Below, piece by piece: positions 36,356 through 47,075 of a DNA stretch of 64,000 nucleotides (position 1 is the first letter of the stretch; each line of letters begins with the position of its first letter). The stretch lies in sequence record NC_052654.1. The stretch is one strand, 5' to 3'. A program made the position numbers and the translations under genes. The notes beneath the pieces are model-generated. The model searched no databases. It worked only from the letters and a program-made list of their open reading frames with translations, and was not told the DNA's origin. Origin of the DNA: Escherichia phage vB_EcoM-Ro121c4YLVW.

Positions 36356-37843
36356 TTACACTCCATACTCGTAAGAAATGTTATCAAGGTCAAAAGAAGG
36401 GACAACATTATAAGCAGGAACTATATTATTCTCTGTATATTTACTGTCATCCTCAGTATTAAGTTTAACATAAACACGAAGAGAAGTCAAGCGTCCAAAA
36501 GCAAGTGCTGCATAAATAACACCTTTGATTTGATCGTTCGTTACTGAAGAACCTAATTCAAAGTAAGCTTGCAGGTTTTGTAAAGCTTCTACAATGTTTT
36601 GTTTTTCTGTTCCACTTAAAGTTGTTCCGTTGACAGTTTGATAAACAAGTTTTACGGAATACATAGCAGAAGCACCAGGAGAGAAGCGAATAATTTCTTG
36701 TCCTCCATCTTCTGTTGTAACTGTTATGTTAGTTGTTCCGTGTGTCAAAGTGTTGATTGGTTTGGTTTTATAGATAACATTTGCAATTTCTTCTGCACTG
36801 CCACCATAAACTATAGTCTGGAAAGTCATAGCTGGAGCGTGTTCTTGATCATGTAACGTAGGGTTATCATAAATCTTCACCTTAGTGACACCATCTGTAA
36901 GTAACAGAGCTTTCACAATAGCTGCTCGTGTCCCTGCGTTAGCTTCGTCAACGTTGTCATTGAAACGAGAGCGGAATTCTGCATCTGTCTCAACATCTCG
37001 ACCAGGAGAAAATGAATAGAAGTTACCACTGTCAAGATAACCTGTAAAGGTAGAAGATATCCCTGTAATAGACTCCACACCAACAGGATTGTATCCTTTC
37101 TCTGCTGCAACTACCGGAATCTCACTCCATTTGGTTCCAACCGGAACACTAGCATAAAATTTAATAGGAGTTACCAGCCCCACTGGAGTATCACTGGTTA
37201 AAGAAGTAAAACCAATTGATAAGTTACCTGAATCAGAAAATACAAGACTACGATCAGCTTCTGTTAAATTTGCCTTGATAAAAGTTTCAAGATCGGTTAT
37301 AAATGTAGAAGAACCAGGTGCAAGTGTTTTACTGTTTAGTCCTCCATCGACCGCACTTTGTGCATAAAAAGTAATATTCGGAACACCTGTAGCAGTTGCA
37401 TTAGCACGAGAGATTTGATAAGCTGCAATCTTAGCATTCAACATAGTTGGTGTGCTAACATAGTAGTTCATATCACTATCAGAGTTGAAGTAAATATCCG
37501 TGCCTAGCTCATAAGTCCAAGCTGCTTTGTTATTACTCTTAACATATGCATAACCTGTACTTGCTGCTGCACCTGCTCGATAGAAACCGCGTTTAGAAAA
37601 GATTTCATCAAGATAAATACCTTCTGCACCATCCAGTGTTTGAGTATTATAAACACCTTGCATACCTTCCCACAATGTGTAATCTGTGTATGCAATTATT
37701 CTAAACAGTTGTCCGATCACAGTATCTTCCGAAGTGGCTGCATCTGCACCAAATGTGTTTTTTACTGCTGTCATGTAGTTGTTTAAAACATCGTCAAAAG
37801 TCGGGATTACAAATCCCGCATCTGTCAAACCATATTCGTCCAT
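36356..37843 (-). CDS. baseplate wedge protein (gpJ/gp6-like), putative
   Basis: 495 aa; size and gene order (J-like, I-like, fibre, chaperone) resemble the P2-type baseplate-fibre module. Confidence 0.55.
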   Translation of the reverse strand: MDEYGLTDAGFVIPTFDDVLNNYMTAVKNTFGADAATSEDTVIGQLFRIIAYTDYTLWEGMQGVYNTQTLDGAEGIYLDEIFSKRGFYRAGAAASTGYAYVKSNNKAAWTYELGTDIYFNSDSDMNYYVSTPTMLNAKIAAYQISRANATATGVPNITFYAQSAVDGGLNSKTLAPGSSTFITDLETFIKANLTEADRSLVFSDSGNLSIGFTSLTSDTPVGLVTPIKFYASVPVGTKWSEIPVVAAEKGYNPVGVESITGISSTFTGYLDSGNFYSFSPGRDVETDAEFRSRFNDNVDEANAGTRAAIVKALLLTDGVTKVKIYDNPTLHDQEHAPAMTFQTIVYGGSAEEIANVIYKTKPINTLTHGTTNITVTTEDGGQEIIRFSPGASAMYSVKLVYQTVNGTTLSGTEKQNIVEALQNLQAYFELGSSVTNDQIKGVIYAALAFGRLTSLRVYVKLNTEDDSKYTENNIVPAYNVVPSFDLDNISYEYGV

Positions 37844-38085
37844 TAGTCATCCTCTTTGGTAGATTGTGATCTGCCCCAGCGTAAATCAATAAGATTTTTC
37901 ATGAGGCGAGAAGGAGTTATCATGAAAACAAAAGCCCAACCCATCCATTCAGGAATTTCTTTTTCTATTCCTAAAAAGATAAACATGCCTGTCATAACCG
38001 ACATGCCTACAGCGTTCCAGACTTTCGTAGAACTGACTTTATTATCAGGATATGTACAGAACATACCTATTAAAAATTTTCTCAT
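37843..38085 (-). CDS. small membrane protein (2 TM; holin-like)
   Basis: Two hydrophobic segments with a charged C-terminus (KEDD). Confidence 0.4.
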   Translation of the reverse strand: MRKFLIGMFCTYPDNKVSSTKVWNAVGMSVMTGMFIFLGIEKEIPEWMGWAFVFMITPSRLMKNLIDLRWGRSQSTKEDD

Positions 38086-38390
38086 AGTGCGTTCTCATTA
38101 CTTTTTAAATCACAAGATATAGCTAATTCCCCAAGGTCTACAGAACCCGCTGAATGCACAAGTACAGCAGCACTAAGACTAATGGCAGTAGTACCTGGGG
38201 CAATATCAGCAGGTAGGGAATACGCCCTTTGCGTCTCCTTATCATAGATAACCTTATACCCACCCAAATCCACACCAACTGAGAAGTAAACAACCTCAGA
38301 TTGTTTAACTCCAAAGTGACGGGCTACTGCTTGTTTATTGGTTAAGATTCCGGTTGAACCTTTACCACCTTGGGAGAACATTTCGTTCAT
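38082..38390 (-). CDS. hypothetical protein
   Basis: ATG with AAGAGG RBS. Confidence 0.45.
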   Translation of the reverse strand: MNEMFSQGGKGSTGILTNKQAVARHFGVKQSEVVYFSVGVDLGGYKVIYDKETQRAYSLPADIAPGTTAISLSAAVLVHSAGSVDLGELAISCDLKSNENAL

Positions 38391-38414
38391 AACAACCTCT
38401 TTGTTTTTCTAAGT

Positions 38415-38436
38415 AAGCCCCTCTTTGGAGGGGCTT
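38415..38436. other. GC-rich stem-loop in the 250-bp noncoding region
   Basis: AAGCCCCTC-TTTG-GAGGGGCTT; sits just upstream of the RBS of the gene at 38390 on the minus strand; no canonical U-tract. Confidence 0.45.
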
Positions 38437-38615
38437 GCAGTGGTAGTGACAACACTTTGAGTTAGTACGATAGTAACTAAAGACAAGATTAACCCTGCTA
38501 CGATATGTTTTCATCATTTTATCACATGGCGATGACATGCACTTGCAGGACATAGCTTGTGTGGATTGTGCTGAATGCAATTTTGGCCTATTGTCATCAG
38601 TAAGAAAGCATTCAT

Positions 38616-38640
38616 TCCCCCGCCGAAGCGGGGTTTTTGT
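38616..38640. other. GC-rich hairpin (CCCCGCCGAAGCGGGG) with plus-strand T-tract; terminator-like, orientation ambiguous
   Basis: Hairpin followed by TTTTTGTT on the plus strand, directly downstream of a minus-strand spike gene; core resembles the hairpin at 50051-50066. Confidence 0.4.
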
Positions 38641-40928
38641 TATATAACTGAAGTAACAACACCATTGATTGTTGCTTTTATCTGTGCAGTTGGATGAGGT
38701 CTAACATTAATGGTTCCTCTATTGCTTGATGCCCCAATGAATACATCATACCCTGAAGTTGCGTTGAAATCCGAGAACAGGCTAACCGGGCTTGCATTCT
38801 GAGTGGCAGGCACAGCAGATGATGTTCCATAACGCTTCAGGATACCTGGTGTTGCTAAGGATGATGCAGCATCGCGACGGCAAGTAACGTCAAGATCAAA
38901 TGTGTATCCATCAAACCCGTATTGTGTTGAATCCTGATAAAGTTTCATTACTTCTACTGTTGAACCTCCGACAGAAGAGTTATGGTTAAGTCCTGTGAAC
39001 TTCATTCTGGTAAATCGATTGTCCTGCGCAACTGTATCGAATGTCTTTTCAATTTTAAGGCTGCTTAAACCATATACACCGTTCAGAAGTATAGGGTTCT
39101 GAACACGCGTACTCATGCTTATATCAATAGTCGGCGCGTTATACAGGTCAATCCTGTCACCAATGGAACCTGAACGATCTTTGATATTTACGGCAATAGA
39201 AAATGTAGCATCATTATTATCAATTTTTATTGTCGATCTCTTATCTACCTCTATTGTCATAGATGGAGATGACTCTGCTACTGAAGTTCCTGTTATTGTC
39301 AAAGAACGTGGATATTTAGTTACATATATTTTTGCTTCTTCGCTATAGTTTCCCGCCACAAAGGTTGCCTGGCTGTCTCCTATGCGTATTTCACCAGTTT
39401 CAACAGTTGCAGCAATAACAGACGTTCCAATAATCGGAACCTCTACTTTAGTTCCGGAAGGGAAATCAGATGTCATTGCTCGATCAAGAGTAATGACGTT
39501 TCCCGATATTGCTGTAATTCTTCGAGTCTCAACACCGCCAGTCGAGTTTGTAAAAGCAATCTCAAACCAGGTATCAAAACCAGAGGCATCTGCAACAGTA
39601 ACAGTGTTGTCATTGATAGATGCTGGCGATGTTAGTGTGGTGCTCATACCCTCAATAGACAAAGTACATTGGGCTTTGTCACTACTACCAATGTAACCCA
39701 TCAACTTGATGGAGTTATTACGAACTCGAACACCGTATTTAGTAGCCGTCGAGCCGTTTTTTGTTCCCTGTGAGTGTCCATACCAATACATAACAAGATG
39801 TAAAAGATCGTAGTTGCTGATACGGTGATCAATTGATTTATTACGAACAGTAGCATAAGGCGCAGTATAGATAGCTCTGGCTGCTGCGCTGGCACCATTA
39901 TTAGAAATGTTGCCATTTACGGTGAACCCTTCGACGGTTTGGTGCCAGTGGAAACGGTCACGGTTCCTGTCACGCGGATCAATTCCGACATGGTGCAGTG
40001 AAATGTCAGATGACGTTGACATGATTATTGTTGCGTCATTTCCGGCACCGGAAAAAGTAAATCCTCGACGATCAACATCAAGGTTGATTGTATTTGATAG
40101 ATAACTTCCGGAAGGGAATGATAACTTAGATATTATACTGTTAGCCCTTGCAACCCTGTTTGCTTCATCTATAGCAACTGAGTTTTCATCTGCGTCTGCA
40201 CCGCCAAAACCGAATTCATCATACCCCATGCTCTCTCTTACAATTAAGTTGGCATTAAACCCGCCCGCTATTGGGATTGAGTATGTATCATCATTTTGTG
40301 TTGTTGATATTAACCATTCTGACTCAGATCTTATTCCATGTTTGTTTTTATATGTTTTTACAGTCATCCCTTCGCTGAATGTGGCACCATCCCCTGATGG
40401 CAGAATTCCAGATATTAACTCTGAAACGCTATTAAATATTATAGTTGTGTTTTTATTAACCCACAATCTCAAAGAAGCATCGCCAACACTAACCCACGCA
40501 CTAGGACCAACGCCACCAGTTGATGTAGGGGTTGATTTAGGTGGTACATCTTTAGGGAAACCAGACCCCCATGTGTAGCACTGAGCACCCGCTATGTACC
40601 AGACAGCATCAGTTACACTGCCCACTGTAGCCCCTTCTTCAAAACTACCATCAACAAGAGTTAACCCAGCCTCGGCAAGACTACGACGCCACTGTTCACG
40701 ATCATTAAGAAGATTGTTATTCAACTCTTCCTGAACAGTATTACCATTTGAGGATTGTATTAAATCTGCTCCATCTGTATCTTTCAACTGGGTGGCTAAA
40801 ACCACCCCAGTGTCAGTAAGAAAGTTGGAAACTGTGCTTTTAACAGTCTTATCAGGTTGGTCTAAAACCAGGTAATCAGAACCATTAACTTTTGATGTTT
40901 CGGGTAAATTAGTAATTGTAGTTGACAT
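38640..40928 (-). CDS. tailspike / receptor-binding protein
   Basis: 762 aa, beta-rich with N/G/S/T repeats. Confidence 0.6.
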   Translation of the reverse strand: MSTTITNLPETSKVNGSDYLVLDQPDKTVKSTVSNFLTDTGVVLATQLKDTDGADLIQSSNGNTVQEELNNNLLNDREQWRRSLAEAGLTLVDGSFEEGATVGSVTDAVWYIAGAQCYTWGSGFPKDVPPKSTPTSTGGVGPSAWVSVGDASLRLWVNKNTTIIFNSVSELISGILPSGDGATFSEGMTVKTYKNKHGIRSESEWLISTTQNDDTYSIPIAGGFNANLIVRESMGYDEFGFGGADADENSVAIDEANRVARANSIISKLSFPSGSYLSNTINLDVDRRGFTFSGAGNDATIIMSTSSDISLHHVGIDPRDRNRDRFHWHQTVEGFTVNGNISNNGASAAARAIYTAPYATVRNKSIDHRISNYDLLHLVMYWYGHSQGTKNGSTATKYGVRVRNNSIKLMGYIGSSDKAQCTLSIEGMSTTLTSPASINDNTVTVADASGFDTWFEIAFTNSTGGVETRRITAISGNVITLDRAMTSDFPSGTKVEVPIIGTSVIAATVETGEIRIGDSQATFVAGNYSEEAKIYVTKYPRSLTITGTSVAESSPSMTIEVDKRSTIKIDNNDATFSIAVNIKDRSGSIGDRIDLYNAPTIDISMSTRVQNPILLNGVYGLSSLKIEKTFDTVAQDNRFTRMKFTGLNHNSSVGGSTVEVMKLYQDSTQYGFDGYTFDLDVTCRRDAASSLATPGILKRYGTSSAVPATQNASPVSLFSDFNATSGYDVFIGASSNRGTINVRPHPTAQIKATINGVVTSVI

Positions 40929-40936
40929 TTTTACTC

Positions 40937-43090
40937 CTATATATAAAATTTTTGTGTTGTTACTAAATCTTCTCCAGATTTAGTAGCTAATGTAATTCCA
41001 CTTATGGTAGCAATCTCAACATTTGCTTGTTTAAGAGTGATATCTTGCAAATAACAATTCAAAGGCACATTACCCATATAGAAAACTTGGGATTGAGAAT
41101 TAACTACCGTGATGGAATCATGCATTATTTGAGGATAGGCCCATATATATTGTGTAAGCCCATTGAACTTATTGGCGTTCAACACTATATTACCTATAAT
41201 CATTTTCCAAAGATACGTGCGGTAGTTTGATTCAGGATCGAAGCCATACAAAGGTGCAAGAGTAGCATCTGGAACAAAACCCGAAAGATAGTGAATATCA
41301 GAATATTCAAAACCTAATTTTTCATGTGGTATGGTAATTGCATCGAATGCTTTCATCATTTTACCTTCCAGAAGCCAGTCGTAACACTCTGAACAGTAAA
41401 AATCAAAAGTTTCAGGAATGTAGTAATCAGACGGAAAGTTAACTTTCTCCATCAAACCGTTGCCAATAATTGACGGTAAGAACGGAAGCAATGTTACTTT
41501 AGCCCCTGGATAAGTTGCTCTGGTGTCTGTTGCAAACTTTGTAACTCTTAACCCTAGTTTACGAGACAAAAATGCATAGTATTCGTCAAATGGTGTTCCT
41601 GTTTTATAATTATCTATTGTTCCTGCATCTTGTGCAAATAAGCCTGTTTCTGTATTGAATGCCAGTTTGGTAGTGTAATCATATATACAAGGCATTTTAC
41701 TTGCTGTATTATACCACCACCAAGGTTCACCAATTTGAATGACGACTGGAATATTGTTAGCTTGAGAAATAGATGCTATTTTGTTAATAACATTTTGCAA
41801 ATATTCCATGCCTTCGTCAATAGTTGGAGACAACACGTAACTAGGAGGCTTATACCCTGTTGCTGCAAGAGCATCGTTCCAATCATGCTGGACCCATTCA
41901 ACAGGACAAACTGTGCTCATCAACTCAAAACTTAAAGAGTTCATTATTGTGTAACCCTTCTCGTTCGCTATAGAATGGAAACTATTTAGCCAAGCTTCTG
42001 TAGCTGGATTCAGGAAGACAGATCTATTTAAAGCCCAAGATGTTCCGTTCCATGAGAACTCATAATAGTGAGACATTCCGTTGTAATGGTTAATCATTCC
42101 ACGATAACCTAGTGCATATGTATTATAAATAACTCTCTCTGGAGTCAGGTTATACATATCATCATAAGATGTGCACATGCGAATATCATGTTCAGGCTGG
42201 ACAAGGTTGCTGACTTTCATCATACTGTAACCAGAAGTAGGTTCAAGAAGAGTGAAAGTAAACCAAGCCTCTTGACTGGCAATAGGTACAATCTCTTCTA
42301 TTTCTTCATACCTTGCTGTAATCAAAGAGAAGAAAATATTATCTACAGCACTCATATCCAAAGGAATATCATTATTAGGGCCAGAAAAGATATTACCAAA
42401 ATCTAACTTTATTGTGGCTGTTTTACCATCTTCTGAAATATCTGAAGCGTAGAATCCTAAACTGACATAATGAACACTTTTATCCAGGAGAGTTACAGTC
42501 AAAGTCGGCACCAAAGGTTCTTCTTTAAAACCTGGCATGTTTTGACTAATTTCCATTTTAAACCAAAGTTTCTCTGAACTTAAATCTGTGTGAGGCAAAT
42601 ACCCAACACCTTTATGGTCATATTTGTCAACTGTGCTCCAAATAACCCCTGCCAAACCTGCTGTTGTTCTGTTTACAAATCTTGCAGTAAAAGAGTCTCC
42701 ATGAGATACAATAGAACAACTTTCCGTTGCTTGAGAATCTATTGTCCAATACATAGGAGAGAACATTTTAACGTCTTTTGTAGTCCAAGTTATTGGAGTA
42801 GTATTTTCTTGGATAGTAGTTATAATACAATTGATGGTTGTTTCAACCATCATGTTATTTTGACTAATCCCTGAAACTTGGAGGGAGAAGTTAAGATCTA
42901 TTGAGTTCTTTGGTCGTTCAAATACTTCAACCACAATAGTAGCAGAATCAGCATCATCAGGGAACACAAGTGTTCCCGATTTTGCAATATAATCTCTACC
43001 AGCGACTGCTGTTCCGTCAACAGTCGTGTAGTTAAATGAACTCGCATTTACTCTCTTGTCTCGCGTGACAGTAAATATAGCTTGTTTCAT
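40937..43090 (-). CDS. tailspike / receptor-binding protein with N-terminal Calx-beta-like segment
   Basis: 717 aa; N-terminal DGTAVAGRDYIAKSGTLVF...TIVVEV resembles Calx-beta-type beta-sandwich motifs. Confidence 0.55.
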   Translation of the reverse strand: MKQAIFTVTRDKRVNASSFNYTTVDGTAVAGRDYIAKSGTLVFPDDADSATIVVEVFERPKNSIDLNFSLQVSGISQNNMMVETTINCIITTIQENTTPITWTTKDVKMFSPMYWTIDSQATESCSIVSHGDSFTARFVNRTTAGLAGVIWSTVDKYDHKGVGYLPHTDLSSEKLWFKMEISQNMPGFKEEPLVPTLTVTLLDKSVHYVSLGFYASDISEDGKTATIKLDFGNIFSGPNNDIPLDMSAVDNIFFSLITARYEEIEEIVPIASQEAWFTFTLLEPTSGYSMMKVSNLVQPEHDIRMCTSYDDMYNLTPERVIYNTYALGYRGMINHYNGMSHYYEFSWNGTSWALNRSVFLNPATEAWLNSFHSIANEKGYTIMNSLSFELMSTVCPVEWVQHDWNDALAATGYKPPSYVLSPTIDEGMEYLQNVINKIASISQANNIPVVIQIGEPWWWYNTASKMPCIYDYTTKLAFNTETGLFAQDAGTIDNYKTGTPFDEYYAFLSRKLGLRVTKFATDTRATYPGAKVTLLPFLPSIIGNGLMEKVNFPSDYYIPETFDFYCSECYDWLLEGKMMKAFDAITIPHEKLGFEYSDIHYLSGFVPDATLAPLYGFDPESNYRTYLWKMIIGNIVLNANKFNGLTQYIWAYPQIMHDSITVVNSQSQVFYMGNVPLNCYLQDITLKQANVEIATISGITLATKSGEDLVTTQKFYI

Positions 43091-43098
43091 TTTACCCC

Positions 43099-45975
43099 TT
43101 ACTCGGTAACGTCCACACTAATGTTTGCCATTGTCAAAACAGTAAGTGCAGGAATATTGCTCGAATCCAAAACAGGTAATGCATTTTGGGGATTAAGTTT
43201 TTTGTATAAAGCATACAACCCAAAACCACGTAACAACTCTCCAGCGTGGAAGCCAAAGAAGACTCCGTTATCACTGTCTGGTCTAGGAGCAGCACTCCAA
43301 CAACCATTCATAACGTGATTAGGACCAAGAACAATATAGTTTTCCTGAATAAGTTCAAAACAGCGGTCTGCTACTATTTTAATGTTAGGAATTTCTGAAT
43401 CATATCCAGCCATCCCCATTATAGCACATCCCGCCATAAAGAGCGCAGACATGTGACTTGTAAAATCATCTACAGGCGCAGCCACTTCTCCATTGGGATA
43501 AAATATTGTTGGTGTTCTTCCTTCGTTGTTATCTTGGAACCACTTCAGATAGTTGATCCAGTTTTTACAAACTGTTAAAAGTTTTTCAGGAACTTCTGCT
43601 CCTCGTTGTTTCAGTTCGTATACTGTATGACACGCACAGAAGAATGCTCGTGCTTCATAACCATCCCAAGCTTTATCGTTCCAATGATACATTGTGAACT
43701 CATTCTTGTTTCCGTATTTATGAGCATCCCAACGATCCCAAACATAAGCTTGTGCCATTGGCCCAGGCATCACAGGGGCAAACTTATTATAAAACCACAT
43801 TTGTGAATCATATAAAAAGTCTATACTGTTGTTCATACGAACCCAGTCAATATCTCTCCCTTTAAAACAATATAAGGATGGGTATTGATAACCTGGGTAA
43901 GGAATACCACGCCAACCGTCATATAATGCTGTGTTAGGATCACTAATATTGGAAAATGGAATGATTCCTGGAGTATAATTCAAACTGTCAAGTTTATAGT
44001 CCAGTATTGTACAATCTCCAAGTTTTGCTGTATAAGGATTTTCAGATGAAACTGTAACCCTGAAATACATTGTGTAATCATCGCCAGCGGCTGAAGAATA
44101 CAAAGATGGGATATCGTTAACGCAATAAAAGTCGATTGCCCCTGTCAAGCCATTTGCAGGTTCAGAATCCAATGCAATGTTGATCTGATCAACAGTAGTC
44201 AGGTTTATTGACGAAGGTTTTGTCTCTGTGTCATTGTGATTAGGTTGCCAAGTGCTTAATTTGAAATCAGCAGGACTTAAAGCTTTAGTAACCCATGCAG
44301 AATTTGTTTTTTCTAACATGGCCCACCATCTCCAACCTGCGGAATCCGTAATAGTGATGTTAAAATCATCTGCGTATGAACGATATGTAATAGATTTTAA
44401 ATTGGCTGTTTTAGTTGGTGTTAACCAAAACCCAACAGTAAAACCACCATCTGAATCCATATTAGCAGAAACTATCTGATCACTATTTGTCCCAGCAATA
44501 CCAGTTGCATATTTATATTGTATCACAGTATTGCTTCCCCAGTCAACAATAATTCTGGGTTCAGCAATAATATATACACCACCTCCAGGAGGTTCGGTGC
44601 GCATAAAACTAGATAAAGGTATATCCATCTTAGTCATATTAGCTGCACCAAGAGGTAAGCCACAACGATATGTCACTGTGTCTGTTTCACTCTTAGTTTT
44701 GCTTAATTCTAGCTCTGGACGGAAAAGAACACCTTCCCCTGCATCATCTACACCTTGAAACTCAATACGCAGTTTTGAATTCTGATCTACTCTGAACCAA
44801 ACTGCCTGTTGTTCTAGAGTTGTTTGTGCTGAAACATCTTGGCGAATTACTGTGTATCCTAATTCGTCACGAGAATATTTAGGTATTGCTGTAGATGGGT
44901 ATGAGTAATCATACGAGATACCATCTGTAAAAGGAATTATTGCTGTCGTAGATCTACGGAAGAATTTATCAAACATATCGATGTTTGAGTAGTCTTGACA
45001 CAACAATAAAGAAGATTGCCAGCAAAGCCAGTATTTTCTCTCTCCTGTGATCTGATACATCAAGTAGTTTGCATCACACCACCACGTTTCAGCATCGGAA
45101 GCATTATCTTGATAGCCTAACTCTACCGGAACGTTTACAGGACGGTTATGCCACATCTCATTACGCTTAAGCAGATATCCACCGTGTTCTACAGGATTGC
45201 ATGTAGCGTAGTTGAATTTATAGTCCCCGTTCACAGAAGCATTTTTAAGTTGCACTGTTCCATATTCTGCAAAGCTATGACCAGTAGATAAAATGTTACC
45301 ATCCCAATCAACTTTACGTCCTAGACGGTCTATAATCCATTCAACGTCCCACTGATCTCCATATTCTTTCCAGTTGGTTGAACCATCTGGGTTAGTTGCA
45401 TAAACTGTTGCGTTAACGGAGTTCCAACCAAGATTGCCATTGAAAGCAAACCAAGCTTTATCTAAGTATTCCCCCCAATGCGGTGCACCTTTAGGAATAA
45501 CAGTCCTTCCGTTAATCCAAGTCATCATGCTACCTTTGAACCCGCCGTGCGTAGGATACCCATCATCTGTGAGAGGGTAATGTGCTAAACGTGGTTCTTT
45601 ACCATTGATGATCCAGTTGGGACGATATTTAGCTGGAGGATCAGGAATAGGTTGGCCCCCGAAGAAGTGATCTATGTAGGCTTGCCAATACTTCTCGGCA
45701 GATTCAAGATATTTTTTATCCCCTGTAGCCAAATATGTATAAGCAAAACCAGTGATAAGCACAGATTGACCTTCGGTAGTAGCGTCACCGTTTGGTTGCC
45801 CTTCCTGCGCTGTCCAGTTAATAAAGTGTCTGTTGTTCGCCAATACGTTTTGTGGGTTGATAATGTAATGCTGAACCGTAGGATCTATGGTAAGCCCAGT
45901 ATTTCTTTCCAAAAACTGAACCAACCCTTCAATCAACTGAAACGTGTTGTCAATATTGTGCTTAACTTTTGACAT
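43099..45975 (-). CDS. tailspike-like protein with possible glycoside hydrolase domain
   Basis: 958 aa; aromatic-rich N-terminal half (many W/Y/H) suggesting a carbohydrate-active domain; no firm family assignment. Confidence 0.55.
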   Translation of the reverse strand: MSKVKHNIDNTFQLIEGLVQFLERNTGLTIDPTVQHYIINPQNVLANNRHFINWTAQEGQPNGDATTEGQSVLITGFAYTYLATGDKKYLESAEKYWQAYIDHFFGGQPIPDPPAKYRPNWIINGKEPRLAHYPLTDDGYPTHGGFKGSMMTWINGRTVIPKGAPHWGEYLDKAWFAFNGNLGWNSVNATVYATNPDGSTNWKEYGDQWDVEWIIDRLGRKVDWDGNILSTGHSFAEYGTVQLKNASVNGDYKFNYATCNPVEHGGYLLKRNEMWHNRPVNVPVELGYQDNASDAETWWCDANYLMYQITGERKYWLCWQSSLLLCQDYSNIDMFDKFFRRSTTAIIPFTDGISYDYSYPSTAIPKYSRDELGYTVIRQDVSAQTTLEQQAVWFRVDQNSKLRIEFQGVDDAGEGVLFRPELELSKTKSETDTVTYRCGLPLGAANMTKMDIPLSSFMRTEPPGGGVYIIAEPRIIVDWGSNTVIQYKYATGIAGTNSDQIVSANMDSDGGFTVGFWLTPTKTANLKSITYRSYADDFNITITDSAGWRWWAMLEKTNSAWVTKALSPADFKLSTWQPNHNDTETKPSSINLTTVDQINIALDSEPANGLTGAIDFYCVNDIPSLYSSAAGDDYTMYFRVTVSSENPYTAKLGDCTILDYKLDSLNYTPGIIPFSNISDPNTALYDGWRGIPYPGYQYPSLYCFKGRDIDWVRMNNSIDFLYDSQMWFYNKFAPVMPGPMAQAYVWDRWDAHKYGNKNEFTMYHWNDKAWDGYEARAFFCACHTVYELKQRGAEVPEKLLTVCKNWINYLKWFQDNNEGRTPTIFYPNGEVAAPVDDFTSHMSALFMAGCAIMGMAGYDSEIPNIKIVADRCFELIQENYIVLGPNHVMNGCWSAAPRPDSDNGVFFGFHAGELLRGFGLYALYKKLNPQNALPVLDSSNIPALTVLTMANISVDVTE

Positions 45976-46448
45976 TAAATAACTCCTGCTAAAACTAAGC
46001 TACCTGTCCAAGTTGCTCCATTATCATAACTGATAAACTCAAAAGTGTCTGTTGCACCTTGACGATAACTCAAAACTGGGGAACGACCAAAACTCCATTT
46101 TACAGAAGAAGGCCATACGACTTTATTTGCACCACTTCCTTGACGCAAAGCTAAAGTAAAGTTTAAAACTGCATTTGTTGCTACTGGAATATTAGTAAAA
46201 CTAATTGTGCACGTTGCAGAAGATAAAGTTGCTGAAAAATATTCTGCCGAACTAATATCTAATGCCAGGGTGCTAGTTACTGTTCCCCGTGCATTCAGAC
46301 GGTTTCTAGTTACCCCTGCACCACTCAACAACACTTTCAAAGAAGTTTTCTTTGTTATTCCAGCCTGATCTGTTACAAAGAAATCTGTATCAGACACAGA
46401 GGTTGTTTGTGTAAGATCAGAAATTTTGATCGTAGTTAAATCTGCCAT
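45975..46448 (-). CDS. tail/baseplate structural protein, putative
   Basis: ATG overlaps neighbouring gene; position within tail module. Confidence 0.45.
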   Translation of the reverse strand: MADLTTIKISDLTQTTSVSDTDFFVTDQAGITKKTSLKVLLSGAGVTRNRLNARGTVTSTLALDISSAEYFSATLSSATCTISFTNIPVATNAVLNFTLALRQGSGANKVVWPSSVKWSFGRSPVLSYRQGATDTFEFISYDNGATWTGSLVLAGVI

Positions 46449-47074
46449 TACTCTTCTACTCCTGTCATAGCTGTTATACCGAAATTATTGTTTGTAGCTA
46501 ATGCATCACCTTTTTCGTTAACCATGATTCTTTCCACTGCTGACTCTGTAGACCATTCATTCCACCAAGTAGAGTAGGTATCACGTGGCAAACCAACAAA
46601 GTTGATAAAGCGATAAAGTCTATTCGAATTCTCAACAATACTGTAAGCTTCACAAATGATCGCTGCATTGTCTTCACCAGCTTCAGGGTAAATAAACTCT
46701 TCAGAAGGTTGAGTATTGAATATAGATGTTACTGTATCTGCTCCTACTGTTACCATAACTGTCATTGAGTAATAACGTTGATCCATATCATAAGCAGATT
46801 TATAACTGTTTATTGTATCTATGTAAACGTTTTTGGCAATCTCTGCTAAAAATATTCTGTCTACAATATCTTTCTTTCTAGCAACACCAATAATCTCTTG
46901 TAAGTAAGGAACACCGAAGTTAGTATTTAAAAACCACTCCCCACGATACGTGTTCAGAGTTATCCCAAGAGTTTGTGCTGCAATTTCTGTTCTGGTTGTA
47001 GTGAGGACCAAATCCCCATCATCCATGATGAGGTCGTTGTTTGGCCCAAGTTTTAAGTCAAAAGGGATTCCCAT
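46448..47074 (-). CDS. baseplate protein, putative
   Basis: Translationally coupled within the baseplate block. Confidence 0.45.
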   Translation of the reverse strand: MGIPFDLKLGPNNDLIMDDGDLVLTTTRTEIAAQTLGITLNTYRGEWFLNTNFGVPYLQEIIGVARKKDIVDRIFLAEIAKNVYIDTINSYKSAYDMDQRYYSMTVMVTVGADTVTSIFNTQPSEEFIYPEAGEDNAAIICEAYSIVENSNRLYRFINFVGLPRDTYSTWWNEWSTESAVERIMVNEKGDALATNNNFGITAMTGVEE

Positions 47075-47075
47075 G

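Noticed and set aside
38362-38580. 72-aa minus-strand ORF in the 250-bp noncoding island
   Set aside because: No ribosome-binding site, Cys-rich low-complexity translation, and it overlaps the hairpins and promoter-like elements. More likely noncoding regulatory DNA.
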